In this document: piece after piece, positions 11,901 to 21,875 of the stretch
Position numbering within the stretch: position 1 is the stretch's first letter
Layout: each line of letters opens with the position of its first letter
Virus record (IMG/VR): IMGVR_UViG_3300027788_000010
Location: 8,373 to 72,372 of that record
Reading direction: 5' to 3' (one strand)
From: a virus
Length of the DNA stretch: 64,000 nucleotides
Notes under the pieces: generated by a model
Databases searched by the model: none
What the model saw: only the letters and a program-made list of their open reading frames with translations
What the model was told of the DNA's origin: nothing
Program-made: the position numbers and the translations under genes

Positions 11901-12314
11901 TACGGTATTCCCTGTAGTGTTAAAAATTTCTTCTACCCCACTACAATATAACGCAGCTGGAAAGAAATTAACAATTTGTTGTACAGACACCCTCAACCTC
12001 TCTTTTAACGAACCATACAAAACAAATTTACTAACATCACTATCATCATAGTTAAATGTTACTAATAAACTATTATTTAAATTTACTTGTGTTAGTTCAA
12101 TATCACCACCACTTAATTGTTCTAATGTTATAGGGCCAGAAAACCCACCAAAACTAAAATCCCTATTATTTTTTTCACGAGAACTATCGGTAATAGAAAA
12201 ATTACCCAGAGTCATTTGTGGTGACCCTTGAGTAAATTGTAAACCTACTAAGTTATCACTAAATGTCCCTGAACCATTTCCTGGTGATGGTGGGTAATAG
12301 AATTTTTTTGCCAT
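8976..12314 (-). CDS. Putative baseplate wedge protein (P2 gpI/T4 gp7-like segment)
   Basis: 1112 aa; LLKNLAKMLGWE...YRRILMNTAHLFKSKGTRKAIEFLFRFIG matches the 'KGT' wedge-protein signature; one GCTSPTALNFSPLATCDDGSC repeat near the C-terminus. Confidence 0.65.
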   Translation of the reverse strand: MAKKFYYPPSPGNGSGTFSDNLVGLQFTQGSPQMTLGNFSITDSSREKNNRDFSFGGFSGPITLEQLSGGDIELTQVNLNNSLLVTFNYDDSDVSKFVLYGSLKERLRVSVQQIVNFFPAALYCSGVEEIFNTTGNTVENIMYDSVYDRTTLTISKHKISNPFNLEISTDGNILLDNSLQMDYVIDDPTHNTLTTQSIQAQTGKISKLRNFTLEHNKYVFSFSGSGGTEYPIVDYIAVDDNTTNLSVVVSGNPFNTTATTSTKTFYLKPNKFEVQTQFNTFGTVERFLLNQTSVPQYKAEIQLPKLSENGQNYVIKETLIWEKQDLWNIDVKTQKYTDYLKKLVEIGEELDGYKTNLISRFLTTGALKDFDSGDRKVEKTLQIYGRSFDDVKRFIDGIAYMNNVTYDGKNNVPNQLLKNLAKMLGWETPSPTTKEKFLDTVLDRYEPQYSGESIGVTPAELDVDIYRRILMNTAHLFKSKGTRKAIEFLFRFIGAPEALIEFNEYVVLADRRIKMGSQGRFGGEGKVCERLTFMWQELSCSDEGVSTLVNTTSNMRDEPSCAELKEYMIEKGCFVDGKNGFITEFEKISGGVVTQSQYVYDPTTQNTVISSFTQTHGFKREDYPIDSDGYPTQPRETSNYYFQRGAGWFEQTDKHHGDTILDLENSTFSGCSPTIITKLNQFSWGGFFGNLPLNVSSNEPGAPYLERFRKFPYMNMGFGLTPIVDDKKSWVAIDENNKNRNYSFETLRGSSYFVDNEKLVINVKNVDIFLNIGQALVYDFWQQSVLSGCTFNGTPLPPPYPQKGGVDDTVTLLNGKNYSFKNFTKVFWRTFINVKNRQTIDDGKTGGYPLLQKLYIDYLSQTCGDNNQYTYQKMLDYAQDLGTYWIRIIEQLVPATTLWQGGLKTENSLFHRDKFTYKHYPYYPLSGFTPTPDNGCVYGCTSPTALNFSPLATCDDGSCDWPDGIIAVVNPASGISTTCGCINTGSVQNIIDGTNENGETIIVPTKTCPCCTLPENSIVLEMRTDNVSCKSTWPSFDDYQKPSSTNNVGVNNSINLTTSKFTSNNPAINGGYNVISVMNNSVMFRVKKGLALSKNIEEPWGFKYRLEKKQRG

Positions 12315-13261
12315 TATGGGTTAATAATTGTACTAAATTGTTTAGTGAAATCTATCTGGTTACCCCTATCTTGTCTAACCTCAAATAAACTTTCATCAAA
12401 ATTATCTCTTATTTCAAATAAATTATATTGTTTATAAATATTATTTTGTCCGGATAAATCGTACAATGTATACACACCATCATCAATAGATTTAGTCTGA
12501 TTACCGTAAAGTCCAATCGCTAAAGTTTCAAAATCGTGGTCTACCATTTCAATATCTAACACTACAGGGTTAAAGTATGTATTTGTAACTATAATATCTT
12601 GGTTAGCACTACCAATAAAGGGTATAGCGTTTGGTTGGTTTGTCGGTGCACTACTAGGTGATACAGTACAAAATATAAGACCTGTAGGTGAGTCCGTATA
12701 AACATATCTTGGTGAAACTTTATTTGGGCTTGATTGGTCGTTAGGTACTCTTTCACAATAGAAACTTGATGTTACTACCCTAAAGAAGTTAGGTATTTTT
12801 GTACCAGAACCACCAGCTGACTGTGGTTTGTTTAAGTACTCAACCCTATACCCAACCAAACCATTATTGGTAAATCTATTTCTGTAAGCTACCGGAACTT
12901 GGTTGATGTCAATAACAATCCCTTTGACATTTGGTAGTGCTGCTAATATACCACAATCTAATATTTTAGTTCTGATTTCAACTGGCCTAATATACACAGT
13001 GTAGATGCCTTTAGAACTGAAAACCGTAGATGGTAATGTTAGGTTATATAAACCACCTAATATTTCGGTACCCGCGTTATTATTACCATTAATCGCTGTA
13101 TTGTTGTTGTGTAAATAAGGTCTTAATACTTGTGAGGAAGATAATTTACCTAACGTAAAATTAGTCGTAATATCTCTATTCGGTTGGTAGTGGTAAATGA
13201 TTTCCACATCTTCTGGTGAAACATCTGCCGGTCTTTTGATTCCATAATTTCCTAATGCCAT
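12314..13261 (-). CDS. Hypothetical virion structural protein
   Basis: 315 aa, beta-rich; stop overlaps the next start codon; lies in the structural cluster. Confidence 0.55.
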   Translation of the reverse strand: MALGNYGIKRPADVSPEDVEIIYHYQPNRDITTNFTLGKLSSSQVLRPYLHNNNTAINGNNNAGTEILGGLYNLTLPSTVFSSKGIYTVYIRPVEIRTKILDCGILAALPNVKGIVIDINQVPVAYRNRFTNNGLVGYRVEYLNKPQSAGGSGTKIPNFFRVVTSSFYCERVPNDQSSPNKVSPRYVYTDSPTGLIFCTVSPSSAPTNQPNAIPFIGSANQDIIVTNTYFNPVVLDIEMVDHDFETLAIGLYGNQTKSIDDGVYTLYDLSGQNNIYKQYNLFEIRDNFDESLFEVRQDRGNQIDFTKQFSTIINP

Positions 13262-13266
13262 ATTCT

Positions 13267-16077
13267 TTAGTCTTGTGTTATAATATTATAATATCCGTAA
13301 CCATGAATTTCTAATTCACCTATTGTGGATATTTGTGATAGTCTCTGAGGTCTCTCGAAAACGGAAACTTTTCCTCTCTCAATAAATACATCGGAGCGAG
13401 TTTCTGGTTTTTGTGAAACATTCATCAAAAACTCTTCTTTGGTTAGTCTTGGTAGACAATTTTTTATCCTTTCTACAGGGTAAATACACGACCCATCATC
13501 TGCTGTCGCGTTTGGGTCGTAATTTAAAGCTAATGGGTCTGTACAACCATCATCGTTTGTTATTGTAAAACATCCAGGTCTCTGAGAAGCTCCATATACT
13601 GGGTTTGGGTCACCTATCGATGGGTATGGTGTATAATCAATCGTTTCTAACAGACCCACAGTGTTTATTGGTGATGAAAAATCTATAGCTAAGGTGTTTA
13701 CATCACTAAAAACATATACGTTTGCCTGTCCTGTGCCGGGTACAAATTCTACAGCGTACCAATTACCGTTAGCGTAGTATCTAAAAGTACCGAATAAATA
13801 TGGGTGTAGTGGGTATGATTGTACTGTCGTTTCCGTCCAATTAGTTATCGCACCACTGTAGTAACCCATTGGTGCTCCCCCACCACCATTGGAGAATTTA
13901 CCTATCTTACCATTCCAACCTCCATTTGGTCCACTTAGTAATTCGTCAGAATAATTTACTATTAAATTATTTGTTATCGGGTCTATTAAAATATCACCAG
14001 TACACCTTCCTTGTGCACCACTAACACCATCTATAGATGGGTAGGATGGACTAGGTAAAGAAAACATTTCTGTAACTACTGGACTAACTGGGTTGGTTAC
14101 GTCTAAATTTAGAATCTTTTCACCAGCAAATACAATCTCAGTATCATTTTTAGCTGCCATACCCGCACCTAAAGTCATAAATCCGTTTGGTGTTGTACCA
14201 CCACCAGCTAATCCAGGGTCATAACCTTCTGTTTGACAAATTGTGGATATATCTATAACTGTTGCTGGTGGGTTTAGTGGTGTTAGTCCGATAGCTATAC
14301 CCCCAACTGTAAATGTTGGTCCGGTAAAATCTATATCATATTCTTTTATAATACCTAACGGTGTAGTACCATCAGTGGAATATAGTAAACTTCCTGTAGC
14401 ATCAACAACATGACAACTATACAACCATAATTTATTTTCTGTGTTTGCTATATCATAAGAACCGGTACCATAACCCAAAACCTCTTCGTTAAATTGTTCT
14501 TCTTGGAATAGGAAAGTCATCGTATCTGGGTTTGTTGGGTCGTACGAATAAACTCTACCTTCTCTATCATTAAAAAAAACTGAACAGTCATCTAAGACTA
14601 AGTTAGTACAAACAGATTGACAACTTTGTAAAGCTATAACACACGAAGGTGCGTCTGTACATGGGTAGGTCGCTGTTTGAACTCCAGCTGCATACATATC
14701 CACACACTCATTAAGTGAAGTATTTGAATTAAGTTGACATACGTATCCGTTAACACCATTTACTGGGTACGTACAAGTAGTTGGTGCTGTTGATTGTTCT
14801 TGAGCTGCTGGGTCATAGTTGGTGGATTGTTGACAATTAATACCTGGTACACACCCTGACGGGAACGAACTATCGTAAGATAACCCACCGGGGGTTTGTG
14901 GACATAAATGTGTACCGTTAGGACAATTACCAGATGTGTACATTGGGTCTGGACTTGTCGCCACACAACACCCATCATCCATACACCCCTCAACCGTATA
15001 CACACAATTACAATCTATTGTCGGTAATTTACCTTTAGTTGACCAAACATTGTAAATTTGTGTACAGTCCATAGCGTAATTGTCCGCGGTAACGTCTGTA
15101 CAACCTTTATAATCACAACAATCATTCCAAAGAGCTCCTCCTGGTATCACCGGCCAATAACAACCATTAGCACTCCCATCATAATTATCAGCATCTGAAT
15201 CTGTACAACCTCCATAGTAACAACAAGTGTTATCCGTAATTAAGTTACCCCCACTAGTTGGTATCGCGTCATTACCTAGACAATCTTTTTGGTTATTTAG
15301 TGCCATAGCATCATTACAACCTTTATAATCACAACAAGAACCATCAAGTGGGTCTGGTGGTGTACCACAACCATCACTATAGGCCGCGTTATAATTGTCA
15401 GCACTACTAAAAGGACACCCTATATGATAACAACTACCATCAGGTAAAGTGGCAGTTGGGTCGTAATTTGATGCCGTTGCATCTGTACAACCTAGTATGT
15501 GGTTTACACAATCCTGACAATTAGTTGTAACTACTACTTGAGGGTTTACAGATAGGGAACTTACTAATAAGTCAGTGTTTGGTACTGCACAAGGACAACC
15601 AATATAGGGGTTATTTCCACCTTGACCATCGTCAAAGTCGCTAGGACATGAGGTGCTCTGATTATTCCAATCACTTTCCGAGGTAACAATATTAACAATT
15701 TCGAAACACCCATTAACATCACCATTACCAAATACGTCGGACACCACTAGATGGTCACCTATAGAAAATCCTGGACCACCCCCAGCTGGTATGGTTCCGT
15801 AATATTCACCACCAGGGATAAACATAGAATTGTGAAGTGCGACACAACCCATGGTGGTGGTATCCCAACTACAACCACCACTTTCACAATGACACCCAGT
15901 AAAGTCAGTCCAACTACCTGGTGGAAACCCTGGTGGTACACTCACCACATTACAACCGGGACCACTACTAACATACATAGCACAGTTTTTTGGTTTAAAT
16001 CTAACTATAACAGCTTTATCATCCCCAATATTACCGTTACCCACATAATCAAAGTTTACTGAATTCCACGCTCCCAT
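13267..16077 (-). CDS. Cys-rich repeat protein (GCTDxxAxNY...DGSC repeats), putative fibre/adhesin
   Basis: 936 aa; several GC(T/N/M/P)DxxAxNY repeats, a beta-propeller-like middle region (YDIANTENKLWLY, GDILIDP) and a charged C-terminal module (SDVFIERGK). Confidence 0.65.
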   Translation of the reverse strand: MGAWNSVNFDYVGNGNIGDDKAVIVRFKPKNCAMYVSSGPGCNVVSVPPGFPPGSWTDFTGCHCESGGCSWDTTTMGCVALHNSMFIPGGEYYGTIPAGGGPGFSIGDHLVVSDVFGNGDVNGCFEIVNIVTSESDWNNQSTSCPSDFDDGQGGNNPYIGCPCAVPNTDLLVSSLSVNPQVVVTTNCQDCVNHILGCTDATASNYDPTATLPDGSCYHIGCPFSSADNYNAAYSDGCGTPPDPLDGSCCDYKGCNDAMALNNQKDCLGNDAIPTSGGNLITDNTCCYYGGCTDSDADNYDGSANGCYWPVIPGGALWNDCCDYKGCTDVTADNYAMDCTQIYNVWSTKGKLPTIDCNCVYTVEGCMDDGCCVATSPDPMYTSGNCPNGTHLCPQTPGGLSYDSSFPSGCVPGINCQQSTNYDPAAQEQSTAPTTCTYPVNGVNGYVCQLNSNTSLNECVDMYAAGVQTATYPCTDAPSCVIALQSCQSVCTNLVLDDCSVFFNDREGRVYSYDPTNPDTMTFLFQEEQFNEEVLGYGTGSYDIANTENKLWLYSCHVVDATGSLLYSTDGTTPLGIIKEYDIDFTGPTFTVGGIAIGLTPLNPPATVIDISTICQTEGYDPGLAGGGTTPNGFMTLGAGMAAKNDTEIVFAGEKILNLDVTNPVSPVVTEMFSLPSPSYPSIDGVSGAQGRCTGDILIDPITNNLIVNYSDELLSGPNGGWNGKIGKFSNGGGGAPMGYYSGAITNWTETTVQSYPLHPYLFGTFRYYANGNWYAVEFVPGTGQANVYVFSDVNTLAIDFSSPINTVGLLETIDYTPYPSIGDPNPVYGASQRPGCFTITNDDGCTDPLALNYDPNATADDGSCIYPVERIKNCLPRLTKEEFLMNVSQKPETRSDVFIERGKVSVFERPQRLSQISTIGELEIHGYGYYNIITQD

Positions 16078-16104
16078 ATTTATATTTTTTTATTCATTTA
16101 TCGT

Positions 16105-19100
16105 TTATAGACCACACGGTTCCCAACAAGTTTGTGATTGTAACCTACTTTGTTGTGGGAATATAGGTGGGCTTATGGTGTATGGTGGGTTATTACAAAG
16201 AATCGGTGTTCCGAAATTAGTACTAATAGCTGTACATGGGTGTGTACCTGTTGGATTTATATTAAAGTCTTCACAATCGTTTATCACACCCGGGTCACCA
16301 CAGTCAGTCAATCCTACCAAACCATACCCTGGGTCACACACGGGTGCTGGATTATACCAATATTTATAGTCTTGATTTACTGTCGCTGCACCAGCTGGTA
16401 AGGTGATGACAGCGTCATATGGTTGGTACCCATTTGGAAGGCCTGGGTCGTATATATGTAATGGATAAGCTGGGCTGGGGTTACTATCACAAGTTGAACA
16501 CCCACCACCACCAGCACCTGAACTCATATAACAGTCTGCTTCACTACCACCAGCGTAAGCGTAATAGATAGCGTTTGAATAATTTATTTGGGTTGAATTG
16601 AATCCTCCTTGGGTTTGTGTGTACGTTTCTTGTGTTGGGTTTACTGGAGTTACAGCGTTTGTAGACACACCCACGAACGTACAAACACCAGCTATACAAA
16701 CATGATAACTTGGTTCAAAACAATTATCTTCACAACCTTTAATGTCTATTGTACTAGCTAGTAATGGCATTACCAAACCACCATTTGTAATATCAAAATC
16801 TGAACAAAAATTTCCTGGTATTGTTCCGTCAGCTTGTATAGTACCAGAAACATTTTTAGGTGAACATGAACCATCACTATTACTACAATCCCAAGATAAA
16901 CAACTTTCTTCACAAGTCGCTCTATCCATAAAAGGACCGGGATTACTAGTGTCAGTTATTGCCTGACAAGTTTGTCCACCATAATCACCAGAACCTAAAT
17001 TTACTTCACTATCTACAGTAACACCAGGTGAAGACTCATTAGTTTGACAAACACACCTATATGTTAAAACTATATTACCACAATTAATATTACAATCACC
17101 AAATGTTGTAAAGGGGGTAGTGTTTGTAGCACCAACTGGTTGTCCCGTACCTTGTACGTTTGATGTGCAGGCGTCGGTCATACACCACCAATCTAAATCA
17201 GGTAGGTTACTACATTGGGAGTAACAGGTTGTGTAGTCGGCGAAGAAACCTGACACACTTGGAACACAAAGACCATTTTCACAATTATGTCTGTCGTTAG
17301 TTGATATACACGATGAATCACAATCAAGAAAAGCAGTTGGTCCTGAGTACATAGTACCACCATTAGGACCAAATAATGAATTGTAAAACATATTAGATGG
17401 TGATATAGGTAAACACGTACCGTTGTTACATTCATAATGGATGTCTTGACCTATTATTGGTACACAATTACTTTGGCACTCTATTTGTGCGTTGGATGTT
17501 GTGGGTGGGTTACCGACATAGGTTGCTGTATTATAGTAATTACTAGATGGTAATATAGCAACACAAACACCACCAACACAATTATATCTAGATTCTAAAT
17601 TGTTAGGTGTGGTACACGAACCTTGACAAAGTCTCCAAAAACTAGAGTTATTATCGTTTTTATCTGGTTCATTACCAGAATTTATACTAATAACGAAAAA
17701 ACAACAACCATCATAATAAACAAAATCACCTGGTATATATTCATCATCAAAATCCCACTCACCCTTGTTAACTATAACATTTTGTGTGGAGTAAGTTGGG
17801 TTGATGTAGTACGATTGGGTACCATAACATAAGTCACAACTTGTTTGTATGCCCATACCACATTCTCTAGTTAATAAATCTTCATCGTTTAGCCCAAACC
17901 CTTTAACATCAAAAAGTGTCGTACCATTTTCATAATCAAACATATCGTAAACCTCCGTACCATTAGTAATGGTGTATGCTGTATACGTGGAGGTAGCGTT
18001 AGAAATCCAACCAGTTAAATTATTAGAAATAGTACCATCTGGTAATTCTATTTGTCCACCAATAGGTACGATAAATGATGGGCCTTCACTATAACCTACC
18101 GGTAGGAAAGCTGAGTTTGTTGTGTTGTTATATGTTTGGAACGACGATAACATACTTTGTGTAATACCTTGTATTGTGTATGGCGTAGTTGTCCAATTAG
18201 AAGTTATATAGTCATTAATGCCCATCCCAGAATCTAACGGACCCCATTCGGATTCGTTATAATCCATACTGGCCACAGGACCACCATTTACCGGAATCCA
18301 CGTATATGTTTGTCCTGTATTTACAATGGTAGACCAAAGAATGTCCGAGGTTACCGAAGGTATCACAATGTTTTTAACCATAGAAGTTACACCCCATGGT
18401 GCGGACATCTGTATTGTCACTTCATAGTTTCCTGGGTTTATGTATGTGTTGGTTGATGTTGTGGTTGGAAAATTTAAAGCTATACTATTACCGTCACCCC
18501 AATTTATGAAGTACTCAACACCGTTCAGGTATTTGAAAAACTCGAATTCTGTCGTATTAGTTATACTAATAAGGTATGGGTTAGTTGTGTCAGCTGTCAG
18601 TAAGAAGTTAGAAAAACTATCTTTTTGTAACACATCACCATCCCATAAACTATACACACCCATATCATTAAAATCATGGTCTAAGAATATAGGTAGGCTA
18701 CTGTTCATATTATCTCTACCATATCTATTACAACAAGCACACTCATCCCTCTGTTGATTACTGTCGTATTTTTTATTATATATCTTTTGTCTAAACGGAA
18801 ATTCGACGGTCTTAGTATCCCACTTTTCATTTTCACACTTCTTACAAAATTCTGCAACCTTACATTTATCTAAGGACCAAAAATCCTCACATAATTGCTC
18901 CGCGTCTGGACAACAATTTTCACCATTTTGACAGCATTCGTTTGGGTACCCATTTAAACACGCTTGGCAGTTTTCATAGTAGTTTTTACTTTTTCTACAA
19001 CGTGAACAATCGTAATTTGGTATTGTTGGTTGAGTTGTTAGACCTTGTAAAGCATTATTATTTATCTCAAATACTTTATTATCTTCGATAGTTGTGGTAC

Positions 19101-19215
19101 TGGATTTTAGTACAGTTTTTTTACCCTTGGCTCTAACACACTCTGGTGTATTACAACCTTCAGTGTAAACTCCTGGTATGTATCCAGTCCATATTTTATA
19201 TTTATAAATGTCCAT
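16105..19215 (-). CDS. PKD-domain and Cys-rich repeat protein, putative fibre/adhesin
   Basis: 1036 aa; YFINWGDG...TYINPGNYEVTI (PKD-like); WDFDDEYIPGDFVYYDG (CBM5/12-like); repeated YxCxxGxC...CxxxC units. Confidence 0.65.
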   Translation of the reverse strand: MDIYKYKIWTGYIPGVYTEGCNTPECVRAKGKKTVLKSSTTTIEDNKVFEINNNALQGLTTQPTIPNYDCSRCRKSKNYYENCQACLNGYPNECCQNGENCCPDAEQLCEDFWSLDKCKVAEFCKKCENEKWDTKTVEFPFRQKIYNKKYDSNQQRDECACCNRYGRDNMNSSLPIFLDHDFNDMGVYSLWDGDVLQKDSFSNFLLTADTTNPYLISITNTTEFEFFKYLNGVEYFINWGDGNSIALNFPTTTSTNTYINPGNYEVTIQMSAPWGVTSMVKNIVIPSVTSDILWSTIVNTGQTYTWIPVNGGPVASMDYNESEWGPLDSGMGINDYITSNWTTTPYTIQGITQSMLSSFQTYNNTTNSAFLPVGYSEGPSFIVPIGGQIELPDGTISNNLTGWISNATSTYTAYTITNGTEVYDMFDYENGTTLFDVKGFGLNDEDLLTRECGMGIQTSCDLCYGTQSYYINPTYSTQNVIVNKGEWDFDDEYIPGDFVYYDGCCFFVISINSGNEPDKNDNNSSFWRLCQGSCTTPNNLESRYNCVGGVCVAILPSSNYYNTATYVGNPPTTSNAQIECQSNCVPIIGQDIHYECNNGTCLPISPSNMFYNSLFGPNGGTMYSGPTAFLDCDSSCISTNDRHNCENGLCVPSVSGFFADYTTCYSQCSNLPDLDWWCMTDACTSNVQGTGQPVGATNTTPFTTFGDCNINCGNIVLTYRCVCQTNESSPGVTVDSEVNLGSGDYGGQTCQAITDTSNPGPFMDRATCEESCLSWDCSNSDGSCSPKNVSGTIQADGTIPGNFCSDFDITNGGLVMPLLASTIDIKGCEDNCFEPSYHVCIAGVCTFVGVSTNAVTPVNPTQETYTQTQGGFNSTQINYSNAIYYAYAGGSEADCYMSSGAGGGGCSTCDSNPSPAYPLHIYDPGLPNGYQPYDAVITLPAGAATVNQDYKYWYNPAPVCDPGYGLVGLTDCGDPGVINDCEDFNINPTGTHPCTAISTNFGTPILCNNPPYTISPPIFPQQSRLQSQTCWEPCGL

Positions 19216-20144
19216 TATGGGTTAACGTATTCGTAAAATTTTATTGACGTACCCATACTAGAACCAACTTGTGGTCCAATACCGTCATTACCACTATATG
19301 TTGTTAAATCAAATTCGTTAAAAACGTAAGTAAAATTTATCGGGTCTAATATCATTTGGTAGTAATAGTAGTCTGGTGTGTTAATATTATAAGTATTGTT
19401 TGGTTGTACCTTATTTATAAATTTGTGGGTTTTTCCTGTTTCAGCATTAAAAAACTTACAACTCATATAAAACACATTATAAGGTACCAAATCTCTATTT
19501 TTTAACCAATTTATGTAATAATTTTCAGATAATTTACCAACAGAAGAAAATTCAAACATTGAAGACTCTACCTTATCATAATAGTATGGTGGTCCTGTTG
19601 GTGATGTGGAATTTAAATCCTTTAGTTCAGCTTCTAAATATGATATATTATCATAATTAATGTTTAATGGGTTATTACTTATTTGTAAATTCCAATCATA
19701 CGGACCCCCCTTCACAAATGATTTACCGTTATTTGTCGGGTTTACAACTGAAAAATACAATCTTTGTGTTTGGGGGTTTGGGGTGTCGTAAAAATCAAAT
19801 TTAAAAAAACTTTTTATAAAGTTAGAGTTTCGTTCGACGACGTCTTTGTGTGAAATACCAACCGCCATATAGTCTGGTATGTAATCTGTAATTTGACCAC
19901 TAGTTGTACCACACATATTAAATTGTATGTCGTAAAAAATATGTTTATCTGTGTGTGTGGTATCGGGGGAATATCTAGTAGTTTCAAAGTCTTGAGTGAT
20001 GTTTACATTATCCTGCATTTCTGCTCTTTCATACAAATTGACTAACTGCTCTCTGCCTAAAGATTCGTCAAAATCAGTAGCAAAAGGTACTGTTATTACA
20101 TTATCACCACCACCAGTTTTTATTTTTATTCTATTCACAGTCAT
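19215..20144 (-). CDS. Hypothetical virion structural protein
   Basis: 309 aa, overlaps both neighbours; SFFKFDFYDTP and FYMSCKFFNA aromatic motifs. Confidence 0.55.
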   Translation of the reverse strand: MTVNRIKIKTGGGDNVITVPFATDFDESLGREQLVNLYERAEMQDNVNITQDFETTRYSPDTTHTDKHIFYDIQFNMCGTTSGQITDYIPDYMAVGISHKDVVERNSNFIKSFFKFDFYDTPNPQTQRLYFSVVNPTNNGKSFVKGGPYDWNLQISNNPLNINYDNISYLEAELKDLNSTSPTGPPYYYDKVESSMFEFSSVGKLSENYYINWLKNRDLVPYNVFYMSCKFFNAETGKTHKFINKVQPNNTYNINTPDYYYYQMILDPINFTYVFNEFDLTTYSGNDGIGPQVGSSMGTSIKFYEYVNP

Positions 20145-21864
20145 CTATCGTTGGTAGTTGTATTATGGGTTTAGGTACGTAGTCTTTATCTATAACTATC
20201 GGTACGATTTTAAAGTCTATTGTTGTGTATGGATAATGTGCACCATTTACGAATGGGTAATCTACCCCATTAATTTGTGTCTCAAAAAACCCGATTGGTA
20301 ATGTATCCCTCCACCTCCACAACTCTTCATATGTTGAGAATGTCGCGTACTCTGGGACTAGTTGGTAATTTTTACTAACCGATATAGTGTTTGATTTTTC
20401 TAAGATGGGTATCCTGTGGTGAGGTTGGTACTTATACCCACCTTTAATTTCACTAAACGTAGAAAAGTCCACACCGGGGTCAAAGAATAACATACCATTA
20501 GTTTCAATATCATTAAATGTTAGTTTGTGGTAAGATTCTGATATTATTCTTTCTCCTAACTCCCACTGATTATATTCTACAAAAGCCCCAGTAAACGTAT
20601 CACCACTTTGTGGTAGGTTATAGGGTGTTAATAAGTTACTTTCTGTGATTGTATTGGGGTATGGGTCAACCTTACCGTCAGGTTTAAAATTCCATGACCA
20701 ACCTAAACCAGCACAATTACCACCAGTTTTTGTTTTCCATAAGAATGATTCGTTTACAGCAAAAACACTTAAATATAAATCACTCAACGGTCTACCCAAA
20801 TTATCGTTATAGTCACTGGTATCTAAATCATTATTAAAATTCCACAAATAGGAATTAGTATCTTCTTTTATTACTGTGTGGTCTACACCGTTTGTTGGTG
20901 AGTTGTTAGCTTGAAATGACTTGAATTTTTTAGAATACAGGCTGCTTTCGAAAGCACAATTATCTAATTCATAATTTTCTGGTGTCGATATGATTCTATG
21001 GTTATGTACGTAGTATTGTGAAGTGGTTTCTGTTCTATTTTGTGGGTCTATTAACCTCAAAAACACACCAACATCACCATCGTTAAATATTTGTGATTGC
21101 CCATTTAAAATAATATTTATTAATTTACTTTCAGACCCATAAGTTTGGTCACCTAAAGAAAAAACCGGTAGTTCGTTACTATTATTTATTGTTGTTACTA
21201 AACCACTGTTTATACTAACAACCGAAACTGTATTTTGTAATATTATATATTCACCCATATTTAATCCGTGGTCAACTGGGCATACCAGTTGTAAGGCAGA
21301 TTTACCCTGAATTTTCACATTTTTTACGTAAAATGGTATCCCATCACTAGCCATAAAAGAAACCCCCTTCTCTAGTCCGGTTGTTTCTTTATCATAATAA
21401 TACTCCATGGGTATCTGATTATTATGACTATCCACGTAGGATTGACATATATACCAATTCTCTCTTGTAGACTCTAATTCAGAATACATATGTGCTGAAG
21501 TAAGACCGGTATATGTTAAAAATTTAAAAAAGTCCGCGGATGGGTACCCACAAGCAACACTATCCCCATCCGATAGTGGTATTGGGTCGTAGTACAGGTT
21601 ATTCGACATAAAAATAGGGTCGTAAGTACAACCGGAAATGATGTTTTCAACCATCGGTTTTAGTTTACCATACAACCTGTAGATGTTGGAGTCTTCTCTT
21701 TCTCTAAAATATTGGTCTTGTAGGTTTAGTACTAAATTTCTATCACCTTCAATCATAGTCCTAGTACTGTTCTCTAAACTATAAGGTATAAATAAATCCT
21801 TATCTTGTGAACCAACATATTTTTGTGAACCCCTAACTATCCTAATAGTTTCTTGATATCCCAT
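20131..21864 (-). CDS. Hypothetical virion structural (baseplate-region) protein
   Basis: 577 aa in the structural operon; CPVDHGLNMGEYIIL beta motif, C-terminal WRWRD...GVDYPFVNGAHY. Confidence 0.55.
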   Translation of the reverse strand: MGYQETIRIVRGSQKYVGSQDKDLFIPYSLENSTRTMIEGDRNLVLNLQDQYFREREDSNIYRLYGKLKPMVENIISGCTYDPIFMSNNLYYDPIPLSDGDSVACGYPSADFFKFLTYTGLTSAHMYSELESTRENWYICQSYVDSHNNQIPMEYYYDKETTGLEKGVSFMASDGIPFYVKNVKIQGKSALQLVCPVDHGLNMGEYIILQNTVSVVSINSGLVTTINNSNELPVFSLGDQTYGSESKLINIILNGQSQIFNDGDVGVFLRLIDPQNRTETTSQYYVHNHRIISTPENYELDNCAFESSLYSKKFKSFQANNSPTNGVDHTVIKEDTNSYLWNFNNDLDTSDYNDNLGRPLSDLYLSVFAVNESFLWKTKTGGNCAGLGWSWNFKPDGKVDPYPNTITESNLLTPYNLPQSGDTFTGAFVEYNQWELGERIISESYHKLTFNDIETNGMLFFDPGVDFSTFSEIKGGYKYQPHHRIPILEKSNTISVSKNYQLVPEYATFSTYEELWRWRDTLPIGFFETQINGVDYPFVNGAHYPYTTIDFKIVPIVIDKDYVPKPIIQLPTIDDCE

Positions 21865-21875
21865 TTAAAATTTTT

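Noticed and set aside
13267-19215. Diversity-generating retroelement targeting the fibre-like genes
   Set aside because: No reverse transcriptase and no near-identical TR/VR nucleotide pair noticed; the repeats are diverged at the protein level.
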